DNA of 64,000 nt, taken from IMG/VR virus record IMGVR_UViG_3300042346_000356, one strand, 5' to 3'. Shown piece after piece: positions 49,775-58,038 of the stretch (the first letter of the stretch is position 1; every line of letters starts with the position of its first letter). Source of the stretch: an uncultured virus (IMG/VR IMGVR_UViG_3300042346_000356). Its lineage: Duplodnaviria; Heunggongvirae; Uroviricota; Caudoviricetes. Below the pieces are notes generated by a model. That model was not told the DNA's origin, ran no database searches, and saw nothing but the letters and a program-made list of their open reading frames with translations. Position numbers and translations under genes: made by a program.

Positions 49775-49847
49775 GTTTTTATGGTTTGTTGTCAGACACC
49801 CCAAAAAATATAAAAGAATCAAAAAGTCGACAAATTATATTTACTAA
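49758..49847 (+). CDS. 29-aa basic peptide ending in YIY
   Basis: MIKKIKFLWFVVRHPKKYKRIKKSTNYIY; overlaps the end of the SGNH gene. Confidence 0.65.
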   Translation: MIKKIKFLWFVVRHPKKYKRIKKSTNYIY

Positions 49848-49886
49848 ATATGGTATAATAATAAAAAGGTCTAAGGAGGACTAAAG

Positions 49887-50597
49887 ATGGCAACAAAAGG
49901 TAGTCTAGAAGCAATCATAGAGGTTGCAAAGAAAGAAGTTGGGACCATCGAAGGTCCAAAAGATAATGAAACAAAGTATGGAAAATGGACTGGAATGAAT
50001 TTTCAGCCATGGTGCCAGTCATTTGTTTCTTGGTGTGCATTTACATCTGGATTAGATGCAAAGAAGTATCCAAAGTCTGCATCAACAGTAGCAGCATCAG
50101 ATTGGTTTAAGAAGAATAATCGTTGGGCAGATGCTCGTAATGATGATCCAACACCAGGAGACTGGATTTATTTTGATTTCCCAGAAGATGGTGTAAATCG
50201 CATTTCACACGTTGGTATTTGCATTAAGAATAACGGAGATGGAACCATTCAAGTTATTGAAGGAAATACTTCAGGAACTGCAAAGGGAGATCAACGCAAC
50301 GGCGGAATGTGCGTAGAAAAAACTCGTGCATATGTCAAGAACAACAAGAAGAAGTTAATTAATGGCATTGTTGGCTGGGGTCGCCCAGTTTATACTGGTG
50401 AAGAAAATGCTCCACTACTAAACAAGTTGGCCTCTGATAAAATTAATACTGGAGAGGTTGTTCCACTAACATACTGTCCATCACTTGGAAGAAATGTTCC
50501 TACAAGTGGATTCCCAGGAAACTGCCCAGGAGCATCAACTACCCCTGCTAAAAAGGCAGCGCCAGTTAAAAAGGTTGCTCAAAAGAAGGCAAAGTAA
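49887..50597 (+). CDS. Endolysin, CHAP/NlpC-type
   Basis: PWCQSFVSW, SHVGI, IEGNT. Confidence 0.85.
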   Translation: MATKGSLEAIIEVAKKEVGTIEGPKDNETKYGKWTGMNFQPWCQSFVSWCAFTSGLDAKKYPKSASTVAASDWFKKNNRWADARNDDPTPGDWIYFDFPEDGVNRISHVGICIKNNGDGTIQVIEGNTSGTAKGDQRNGGMCVEKTRAYVKNNKKKLINGIVGWGRPVYTGEENAPLLNKLASDKINTGEVVPLTYCPSLGRNVPTSGFPGNCPGASTTPAKKAAPVKKVAQKKAK

Positions 50598-51463
50598 TGA
50601 TAACACCTCTGTATGCAAATCATCCAAATCCTGATAACATTGACTGGAAGTATTCTTCTAAGGAAGAGTATATTGCTGTTGAAAAAACACTAACAGATGA
50701 TGTAGTATTTTTTGAGCCATTCTTGGTAGAGGATTTCTTTCCTAAAGAGATGTTTGATGAATTAGTAGAGATATTAACCTCATATAAACTTGACAACGTA
50801 GATTTTTCTCATCAGATGAATAAGTGGGAAGAGGGAGTTAATATACCTCAAAAGTTTATTGATTATGCTGTAGAAAAGGTTAAGATTTTAGTTGGTGTTG
50901 AAGACGTTGAGTTTGGATATCATATGTATGCTCACCATCAGATAACCTCTGAAGGTAGAGTTCCAAGACTGCCTTTGCACATTGATCACGCTCCAGGACC
51001 ATACATGGTTGACTTACATATTGGCGGAAACCGTGACTGGGGATTTGTTGCTGGTAATACAAACTTTATTACCAAGCCAAATCAGGCTATTATCTGCCAG
51101 CCACAGTTTGATTATCATTATAGACCATCTTGGAATAATGACGATCCAGCCGAATATTACCAGGCATTATTTTTTCACTTGATTAACAAAAATCACTGGT
51201 GCGTTCCAAATGAAAGCCCAACTCAATCAAGGCCAAAAGAAATTAATGATATGTTTCAGTTTGGTAAACTTTTTAGAGAAAGTGAAGCGTTTAACAACTT
51301 TGCCATGCAAAGAAGATACATGTTTGACAAACTTTATTTAGATGAGAATACAAAAATTGGTTTACCTCCAATACCTTGGTCTGAAATTCCTACTGCAGAG
51401 GATGCAGACATTCACCAAAGAAAGGGCGTAAGCCCACTATCTGATCTTGACAAAGACAAGTAA
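50597..51463 (+). CDS. 2OG-Fe(II) oxygenase-like protein
   Basis: LPLHID (HxD) and distal HYR. Confidence 0.55.
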   Translation: MITPLYANHPNPDNIDWKYSSKEEYIAVEKTLTDDVVFFEPFLVEDFFPKEMFDELVEILTSYKLDNVDFSHQMNKWEEGVNIPQKFIDYAVEKVKILVGVEDVEFGYHMYAHHQITSEGRVPRLPLHIDHAPGPYMVDLHIGGNRDWGFVAGNTNFITKPNQAIICQPQFDYHYRPSWNNDDPAEYYQALFFHLINKNHWCVPNESPTQSRPKEINDMFQFGKLFRESEAFNNFAMQRRYMFDKLYLDENTKIGLPPIPWSEIPTAEDADIHQRKGVSPLSDLDKDK

Positions 51464-51481
51464 GGCTGGTATAATTGTATT

Positions 51482-51682
51482 ATGGAATCAACTAAAAGAA
51501 CACTGCTAAAAACAGCAAGTTGGGAAACCTTTCACCTTGTTGGTGTTGCTGGAGTTATTTATTTATTTACTGGTGAATGGGAGTATGCTAGTTTAGGTGC
51601 TCTTATTTATATTGGGTGGGAAGCCCTTGGATATTTTCTACATGAGAGGGTCTGGGCTAAGTTCGGACATAAGGTAAAATAA
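51482..51682 (+). CDS. DUF2061-like membrane protein
   Basis: KTASW...YFLHERVW. Confidence 0.75.
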   Translation: MESTKRTLLKTASWETFHLVGVAGVIYLFTGEWEYASLGALIYIGWEALGYFLHERVWAKFGHKVK

Positions 51683-51786
51683 TGAGAATTAAAATTATTA
51701 AGTTTGTTGTAAAGGCACTTGGATACGAATGGGGCGGGGATCAACTTAAGGCTCCAGTCTGGACAGTTAAAGCAAAGAAGAAGTAG
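51682..51786 (+). CDS. 34-aa hypothetical peptide
   Basis: Fills the gap with one-base overlaps on both sides. Confidence 0.5.
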   Translation: MRIKIIKFVVKALGYEWGGDQLKAPVWTVKAKKK

Positions 51787-52091
51787 TGCCATATGTTGTA
51801 ACTGACGCATGTATTGACGTCAAAGATAGATCATGCATTGCAGAATGCCCAGTTGACTGTATATACGAAGGTGGAAGAATGTTATACATTAATCCAGAAG
51901 AGTGTATTGACTGCGGGGCATGCGAACCTGCTTGTCCGACAGATGCAATTTATTGGGCAGATGATTTGCCAGAAAATAAAAAAGAATTTAAAAGGATAAA
52001 CAAAGAATTTTTTATACCGATTGGCAATCTTCACGGATCAAACAAACTAAAAGATACCACTATGGATCATCCAGAGATAAAGGATAGGTAA
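51786..52091 (+). CDS. fdxA: 7Fe-type ferredoxin
   Basis: CIDVKDRSCIAECPVDCIY...CIDCGACEPACP. Confidence 0.9.
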   Translation: MPYVVTDACIDVKDRSCIAECPVDCIYEGGRMLYINPEECIDCGACEPACPTDAIYWADDLPENKKEFKRINKEFFIPIGNLHGSNKLKDTTMDHPEIKDR

Positions 52092-52276
52092 TGCCATCAT
52101 ACGAATATGACTGTATGCCTTGTGGAACAAGATATACAAAAATTAGATCTATTTCGGAAGAAGATCCAGGGTATAAATGTGAGACTTGCAATCTGACTCT
52201 AGTTCGTGTATACTCTAATGTAGGAGTTGTTTTTAACGGCTCTGGATATTATTCCACTGACAACAGAAAGAAGTAG
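52091..52276 (+). CDS. FmdB-family zinc-ribbon protein
   Basis: MPSYEYDCxxC...CxxC...FNGSGYYSTD. Confidence 0.85.
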   Translation: MPSYEYDCMPCGTRYTKIRSISEEDPGYKCETCNLTLVRVYSNVGVVFNGSGYYSTDNRKK

Positions 52277-52280
52277 TATA

Positions 52281-52511
52281 ATGTTTACAATGATTAAAGA
52301 TGAGGTTAAGCAAGAATGGCAACTATCTCCACATGACCGTTGTGATAGATGTAGTGCGGAAGCCTTAGTTAAGGTAACTGGTATTAGCGGAGACCTTTTA
52401 TTCTGTGGGCATCACTATAATAAAATTATGGCAATCCCAGATGGATATAACAGCATGATGTCGTTTATGATTAGCATCATCGATGAGCGAGAAAAACTAG
52501 TTAAGGAATAA
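52281..52511 (+). CDS. Small Zn-binding protein
   Basis: DRCDRC...LLFCGHH. Confidence 0.7.
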   Translation: MFTMIKDEVKQEWQLSPHDRCDRCSAEALVKVTGISGDLLFCGHHYNKIMAIPDGYNSMMSFMISIIDEREKLVKE

Positions 52512-52513
52512 AA

Positions 52514-53275
52514 ATGATTATTCAGATTATTGGCCTACCTGGTTCTGGTAAAACAGAATTAGCAAAAGCCCTAAAAGAGCGTATTAATGCTATCCACCTT
52601 AATGCAGATGAAGTCCGTGCAACTGTAAATTCAGATTTAGGGTTTAGCCCTGAAGATAGAATTGAACAAGCACGACGCATGGGAGAGATAGCAAGACTTA
52701 TCTCTAAACAGGGTGTTGCGCCAGTAATCGTTGATTTTGTTTGTCCAACAGATTTAACTCGTGCAGCATTTGGTAAGCCAGATATTCTTATTTTTATGGA
52801 TACAATTGCTGAGGGTAGATTTGACGATACAAATAAAATGTTTGAGCGACCAGAAGAAGCCAATTTCTATTTTACTAATCATGAACAAAACGCTGAAGAA
52901 AAGGCATCTCGTATTATTGAAAAGTTTAGGCTACACGACTGGTCTGCTCCTACAACACTTATGCTGGGAAGGTATCAGCCCTGGCATGAAGGCCACCACG
53001 CTCTTTACAAAGAGGCAGGGAAGAGAACAGGGCAAGTCCTTCTTGGAGTCCGTAATACATACAATACAAGCGAAAAGGATCCCCTTAAGTTTGATCAGGT
53101 AAAAGAATATATTGCCAAGGATGAATTTATGGATGGTGCATTAGTCCTAAGACTACCTAACATTACTAACATTGTATACGGCAGAGATGTTGGATACAAT
53201 ATTGAACAGGTTGATTTAGGATCAGATATCCATGCTATCTCTGCTACACAAAAGCGCAAGGAGATGGGTATATGA
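52514..53275 (+). CDS. APS-kinase-like P-loop domain fused to an HxGH nucleotidyltransferase domain
   Basis: GLPGSGKT, NADEVR, DLGFSPEDR; GRYQPWHEGH and ISAT. Confidence 0.8.
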   Translation: MIIQIIGLPGSGKTELAKALKERINAIHLNADEVRATVNSDLGFSPEDRIEQARRMGEIARLISKQGVAPVIVDFVCPTDLTRAAFGKPDILIFMDTIAEGRFDDTNKMFERPEEANFYFTNHEQNAEEKASRIIEKFRLHDWSAPTTLMLGRYQPWHEGHHALYKEAGKRTGQVLLGVRNTYNTSEKDPLKFDQVKEYIAKDEFMDGALVLRLPNITNIVYGRDVGYNIEQVDLGSDIHAISATQKRKEMGI

Positions 53276-53475
53276 ATGTAACCAAACAAAGATCAGCACT
53301 AAAAGCAATTACTTGGCGTATAATTGGAACAGCAGATACATTTGCTATTGCTTGGTTTATAACCAAAGAGCCAGTTACGGCAGGTGCAATCGCAAGTTTC
53401 GAGGTAGTTACAAAAACAATCCTTTATTACTTCCATGAGCGTGGTTGGAATAAAGTTAAATGGGGGAGAAAATAA
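53272..53475 (+). CDS. DUF2061-like membrane protein
   Basis: KAITWRIIGT...YYFHERGW. Confidence 0.8.
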   Translation: MNVTKQRSALKAITWRIIGTADTFAIAWFITKEPVTAGAIASFEVVTKTILYYFHERGWNKVKWGRK

Positions 53476-53882
53476 TGTATGAATATTATGTAAGAAAAGT
53501 AGAGAACGTAGTAGATGGGGATACCATTGATGTTCTAATTGATTTAGGGTTTGATATTTTGTTTCAATCCCGTGTAAGATTGGCGGGTATTGATACCCCA
53601 GAGTCTCGCACAAAGGATCTTAAAGAGAAGGCCCTTGGCCTTGAATCTAAAGAGTATCTAAAGAAGCACCTAAAGGATGCAAAGTCTGTTGTAATCAAAA
53701 CTGAGAAGATGGACTCATCTGAAAAGTATGGTCGCATTTTAGGCTGGGTATATGTAGATGGTAATACAGAATCTCTTAATGATAAGATGATCAATGATGG
53801 ATATGCCTGGGGCTATATGGGTGACACTAAGGTTAAGGATTTTGAGGCACTTGCAAAGGCCAGAAAGAAGTCTGGCAAGTGA
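53475..53882 (+). CDS. Thermonuclease (SNase-like)
   Basis: VVDGDT, RLAGIDTPE, KYGRILG. Confidence 0.9.
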   Translation: MYEYYVRKVENVVDGDTIDVLIDLGFDILFQSRVRLAGIDTPESRTKDLKEKALGLESKEYLKKHLKDAKSVVIKTEKMDSSEKYGRILGWVYVDGNTESLNDKMINDGYAWGYMGDTKVKDFEALAKARKKSGK

Positions 53883-54133
53883 AGCATGTCCTATACTTTA
53901 CTGCAGAATGGTGCAAGCCATGCGAAAAAGTAAGGCCAGTAGTAGAGCAATTAAACCGTGATCAAATAACTGCTAGATTCTTTATGATTGACGCTGATTC
54001 TGAGACTGAAATGGTTGAAGATTTTGGAGTTAGATCTATTCCAACCTTTATATTGATTGAAGATAATAAGGAAGTTGGAAGAACTAATGGTGCAAAAACA
54101 AGAGAAGAACTAATTACTTTTATAGAAGGATAA
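53879..54133 (+). CDS. Thioredoxin
   Basis: WCKPC and SIPTF. Confidence 0.9.
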   Translation: MKHVLYFTAEWCKPCEKVRPVVEQLNRDQITARFFMIDADSETEMVEDFGVRSIPTFILIEDNKEVGRTNGAKTREELITFIEG

Positions 54134-54134
54134 A

Positions 54135-54353
54135 ATGGATATAAAAAATCAAGCACTAGTTGAGCATCTACTTAATCAGGGTGCTATAGAGGTTGCAGGG
54201 ATTGATAATGACGGCCTTCTTACTTATAAGATAACCGACAAACTTAAAAATGTTAGCCCATCTCTTTACGATGATTTACGGGATCAATTTGAGCATCATA
54301 TGTTTAGGTTAATTAAGCGTGGACCAGAAACAATGACTTGGAGACTAAGGTAA
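54135..54353 (+). CDS. Hypothetical protein, paralog A
   Basis: QGAIEVAGID motif shared with the next gene. Confidence 0.7.
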   Translation: MDIKNQALVEHLLNQGAIEVAGIDNDGLLTYKITDKLKNVSPSLYDDLRDQFEHHMFRLIKRGPETMTWRLR

Positions 54354-54682
54354 TGGATGAAGAGTCAAAGATCATTGAAGATCTTATATTACAGGGAGCG
54401 CTTGAAGTAGCAGGAATTGACCTTGATACTGGAGAGCCATTATACAATTTTACAAATAAACTTCAGCATATAAACCCAAAACTTCATAATGAATTCTCTA
54501 AGTATTTTTCTTCAGAGACTATGGCTTTATGGGAGTATGGATTTCTTGATATGGATATAACAAATATAAATCCAATAGTAAGAGTTACAAAAAAGGCTTT
54601 TGATCCAGAAGCAGTTTCTAAACTAGAAAAGGGACATCAGTATACCCTTAAAGAAATTATCAGAGTTTTGCTGGAGGATTAA
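54353..54682 (+). CDS. Hypothetical protein, paralog B
   Basis: QGALEVAGID; TAATG coupling. Confidence 0.7.
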   Translation: MDEESKIIEDLILQGALEVAGIDLDTGEPLYNFTNKLQHINPKLHNEFSKYFSSETMALWEYGFLDMDITNINPIVRVTKKAFDPEAVSKLEKGHQYTLKEIIRVLLED

Positions 54683-55083
54683 TGTCTTATTTTGTTGGAG
54701 CAATGACTACACTTATAGTATTTTTTGCTGCAACAAAGTTTGTAATGAGAACTAATACTATTAAGAAAAATACTGGGATAATTTATAGACAAAGTCATAT
54801 ACACGAAATCGTTAGACCAATCCTTCCACTTATTGAATCATACCAAGAGCCTAAAATAATTAAGCGACAATCAAAGAACCATGAAAATAAAATAAATGTA
54901 AAGGTTTTAATTGTAAATGATATCGCTTATTGGATTAAAGATAACGCATTTTATATGGCACCAATGAATGGATTTTTTATAGATAAGGATCAAGCAACAA
55001 TAGTTGACACAATGGGTATGGATAAGGTAGAATTAGATAAGATGCTTTTTATAATGGATGAACTAAGAAAGGATACAGAATAG
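54682..55083 (+). CDS. Membrane-anchored hypothetical protein
   Basis: N-terminal hydrophobic helix. Confidence 0.6.
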   Translation: MSYFVGAMTTLIVFFAATKFVMRTNTIKKNTGIIYRQSHIHEIVRPILPLIESYQEPKIIKRQSKNHENKINVKVLIVNDIAYWIKDNAFYMAPMNGFFIDKDQATIVDTMGMDKVELDKMLFIMDELRKDTE

Positions 55084-55433
55084 TGATTGTTGTAATTCAA
55101 GGCACACAGGCTTTTGCTGACTATCAGGTCTTTTTAAGAGCAATGGGTGTAGCGATGTCTACAATTAAAGATGATGATCCATACTTTTATGTTTATTCTG
55201 CAGGACCAGGAAATATAAACGCTATGGCATCAGAATTTACTAACCTATCTGAGCGTGGAATGAAGGCTCGTGGTAAGAAAATAAAGTTATACAAGGTTGC
55301 ACCAAGTTGGGTTGAAGAAAACATAAAGGATGTTAATTACTTTGCTTTTCTTTCAAACCCAAAAGAGCCAGTCTCCAAACTTGCTGCTACTGCCCAACTC
55401 AAAAATATTGATGTTGGATTATTTAGATACTAG
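55083..55433 (+). CDS. Hypothetical protein, possibly SLOG/YspA-like
   Basis: IVVIQGTQAFADY N-terminus. Confidence 0.45.
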   Translation: MIVVIQGTQAFADYQVFLRAMGVAMSTIKDDDPYFYVYSAGPGNINAMASEFTNLSERGMKARGKKIKLYKVAPSWVEENIKDVNYFAFLSNPKEPVSKLAATAQLKNIDVGLFRY

Positions 55434-55441
55434 GGAGAAAA

Positions 55442-55651
55442 ATGCTAGTAAAGTCGTTAGAACAAATGGAGACAATTGTCTCTAAGTCACCAATCCTATC
55501 GTGGGATGGATGGTCAGTTATTGAATTACAGCGCTCTGAAAAGGGTAGAACATCAGCAAGTGGTGTTTATGTTAACGGTAAGTGGCACCTAAAAAAGGTT
55601 TTTGATCCTTCACGCATGGGGTGGGAGATTCCAAATAAGTATGTGATGTAA
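55442..55651 (+). CDS. Hypothetical protein
   Basis: GGGAG RBS; WDGW motif. Confidence 0.65.
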   Translation: MLVKSLEQMETIVSKSPILSWDGWSVIELQRSEKGRTSASGVYVNGKWHLKKVFDPSRMGWEIPNKYVM

Positions 55652-55936
55652 ATGAAAAGGCATGATTGGAAAGATGATGCTGTCTGTTTAGATTACGACA
55701 CAAATTTATTTTTTGAAAAATATGAAGATGATGAGACACTTCGTCCTGCAATAGATAGGCTATGCTCTGAATGCCCTGTAAGGAAACACTGCTTTGCTGT
55801 TGGTGTTTCACAAAAAGAATGGGGAGTTTGGGGAGGAGTTTATCTAGAAAATGGCTCTATATCTAGAGAGTTTTCTCGTCACAGATCCAAGGCAGCCTGG
55901 GCTGAAACTTGGCAAACCCTTACGCTAGGAGATTAA
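55652..55936 (+). CDS. whiB: WhiB-family Fe-S transcription factor
   Basis: W..AVC...CxxCPVxxxC...GVWGG. Confidence 0.92.
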   Translation: MKRHDWKDDAVCLDYDTNLFFEKYEDDETLRPAIDRLCSECPVRKHCFAVGVSQKEWGVWGGVYLENGSISREFSRHRSKAAWAETWQTLTLGD

Positions 55937-55939
55937 TTT

Positions 55940-56170
55940 ATGATTCAATGGATTGCTGACTATGCACACTGGGTCCTTGCTTGTATTGGCGTATCTGGTA
56001 TATATTTTGTTGGAAGAAAAACTCTTTGGGGGTGGTTTGTTCTATTATTCAATGAGTGTTTATGGATAGCCTATGCCTTAGTGACAGACCAATATGGTTT
56101 TATCTTTGCAGCAGTAGCGTATGGCGCTGTCTATATTAAATCATACCTACATTGGAGAAGAGAAGATTGA
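55940..56170 (+). CDS. Small three-TM membrane protein (PnuC/SemiSWEET-like)
   Basis: Three hydrophobic helices; WGW...LW pattern. Confidence 0.5.
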   Translation: MIQWIADYAHWVLACIGVSGIYFVGRKTLWGWFVLLFNECLWIAYALVTDQYGFIFAAVAYGAVYIKSYLHWRRED

Positions 56171-56406
56171 TGTATACAGAACAAATGCGTATGGCATTTC
56201 ACTCAATCCGTGCTCCTAAAAACTTTAAGTTGACTATTGTAGACAATGATCACTTTATAACTGTTCGTGCTTCTGAAAAAGACTTTGTAGTTCTATCACA
56301 TGATGACAAAATTCAAGCAGTTGAATACATGATTAGGGTAAAAAAGGCTCTTGAAGACAATGGGGCAATAGTAATGCTAGTTAGAGAAGGAGGAAAAGAT
56401 GTTTGA
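56170..56406 (+). CDS. Hypothetical protein
   Basis: TGATG coupling. Confidence 0.6.
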   Translation: MYTEQMRMAFHSIRAPKNFKLTIVDNDHFITVRASEKDFVVLSHDDKIQAVEYMIRVKKALEDNGAIVMLVREGGKDV

Positions 56407-56836
56407 TTTTATTTTTTTTATATTGTTTATGTCTTTTTTCTTTTTAATTATTGTTGATAATGTAAAAATGAGAATTAATCAAAAGGAGTTGTTGGTAAAA
56501 CTTGCTCAGGCTGATGCTGATAATGAATTGCTTTTAAATAAAATTAGTATGAATTATGATAAAGATCAGATTGAAAATACAGATGGATTTGTAAAGTTTT
56601 TAAATCAGTCTAGGGATTGGGCATTTGACTATATCTACACAGTTCAAAGCGGAATATATGATTTTACTCAGAAGGTTGGATCAGAGATAGCCTACTTTGA
56701 TAAATATGGAGATGCTATATGGACCCCATTAACAGATCATATGAAAAAAATATCAGAGGCCTATAAGGATCTTGAAAAACTTATACCAGATGATTACTCT
56801 AGGGCTATTGAGGATTATGGTAAACTAGATACATGA
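56399..56836 (+). CDS. Membrane-anchored coiled-coil protein
   Basis: N-terminal TM helix; GGAGG RBS. Confidence 0.65.
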   Translation: MFDFIFFILFMSFFFLIIVDNVKMRINQKELLVKLAQADADNELLLNKISMNYDKDQIENTDGFVKFLNQSRDWAFDYIYTVQSGIYDFTQKVGSEIAYFDKYGDAIWTPLTDHMKKISEAYKDLEKLIPDDYSRAIEDYGKLDT

Positions 56837-56997
56837 TAACCTTTAAGTCATATAATGATCTTGCCTTTGATGCATTTTATTCTTGTCATGTATTAGGATG
56901 TGAACTTGAAGCAGAAAAATTATATTCAACAGAGACACAAATAAGAGATGTATGTTTAAATCATTATAAAGAGTTAGCAGAAAAGGAATACAAGTGA
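56833..56997 (+). CDS. Small Cys/His protein (54 aa)
   Basis: Manual translation CHVLGC...CLNH; ATG 6 nt after TGGTAAACT. Confidence 0.55.
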   Translation: MITFKSYNDLAFDAFYSCHVLGCELEAEKLYSTETQIRDVCLNHYKELAEKEYK

Positions 56998-57152
56998 AAG
57001 AAATTATATTATCAGTTATAACAGGTTTTGGATGTGGCATTATATTTGCTGCATTCAAATTGCCAGTGCCAGCACCACCAGTTTTTGCGGGAGTCGCAGG
57101 AATTATTGGTTTATGGCTTGGCTATGATATACTAGTAAGAATCATATCCTAG
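56994..57152 (+). CDS. XapX/DUF1427-like small membrane protein (52 aa)
   Basis: KLPVPAPPVFAGVAGIIG. Confidence 0.75.
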   Translation: MKEIILSVITGFGCGIIFAAFKLPVPAPPVFAGVAGIIGLWLGYDILVRIIS

Positions 57153-57163
57153 GAGGAATAAAT

Positions 57164-57439
57164 ATGAATAAGCAAATCAAAGCAGCACTAGCGTCATACG
57201 GAAGATCAGTTCTTGGAGCAGCAACAGCAATGTATGCCTCTGGAGTAACAGATCCGCAGACACTAGCATACTCACTACTTGGAGCACTTGTCCCCGTCGT
57301 ATTGAGAGCAGCAAACCCTTCAGATACTGCATTTGGCAAGATGCCATCAGTAGAAGAAGTGGATAGAGCAGTAAAGACTGCTAAGGTAGTAAAGAAGTCA
57401 CCTGCTAAGAAGGCTGCCCCTAAGAAGGCTGCAAAGTAG
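57164..57439 (+). CDS. Holin-like protein with a Lys/Ala tail
   Basis: ASYGRS...LRAANPSD..FG; two hydrophobic segments. Confidence 0.55.
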   Translation: MNKQIKAALASYGRSVLGAATAMYASGVTDPQTLAYSLLGALVPVVLRAANPSDTAFGKMPSVEEVDRAVKTAKVVKKSPAKKAAPKKAAK

Positions 57440-57443
57440 TTGG

Positions 57444-57471
57444 TAGGGGCATCTGAAATATGGTGCCCCTA
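57444..57471 (+). terminator. Hairpin after the holin-like gene
   Basis: TAGGGGCATC/GGTGCCCCTA stem; weak T tract. Confidence 0.55.
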
Positions 57472-57480
57472 TAATTAATT

Positions 57481-58038
57481 ATGCTATATAACGACAATTT
57501 TTTAAATGAAGATGACATTAAAAAACTACAAAAGGTTTTTTATGAAGACTCTAACTCACTTTTTCCATGGGTTATAGATAATAGTAATTTTAAATCAGGA
57601 ATTTTTAGACTTACCCATAAAGCAATTGTAGATAAAAAGACAGTGAGCCCACTTTCAGACGAATCCAAAAGAATACTTTCTAACTTTTGTTATGAGAAGA
57701 TGATAAAGTTGGGGGAGATACTTGAATCAGAAGCGCAACTACATATCTTTGGATTAAATGGAGTTGACTTATCACTAGAAGAACAATTACCAAAAGAAGA
57801 TCAGCATCTTTTTATATATTTTGTTAATGAGTCTAGTGCTAAAATAAAAATAACAAATGATGTCACCAACGCTGAAGAGATCCTGTCTGCTAAATCAGGA
57901 CGTGCTGCCTTAATTAAAGCAGGAGAGAAAGTGTTTATATCTCCTTCAGGACCTAACGAATTTCAGTCAATTCTTTTAGTATTGTTTACTGGCCATGTTC
58001 CAGAGTTTGTATTGTCTAACATAGTTATATCAAACTAA
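57481..58038 (+). CDS. Degenerate 2OG-oxygenase-like protein
   Basis: FPW, HLFIYFVNES and KSGRAAL resemble phage 2OG oxygenases, but there is no HxD. Confidence 0.4.
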   Translation: MLYNDNFLNEDDIKKLQKVFYEDSNSLFPWVIDNSNFKSGIFRLTHKAIVDKKTVSPLSDESKRILSNFCYEKMIKLGEILESEAQLHIFGLNGVDLSLEEQLPKEDQHLFIYFVNESSAKIKITNDVTNAEEILSAKSGRAALIKAGEKVFISPSGPNEFQSILLVLFTGHVPEFVLSNIVISN

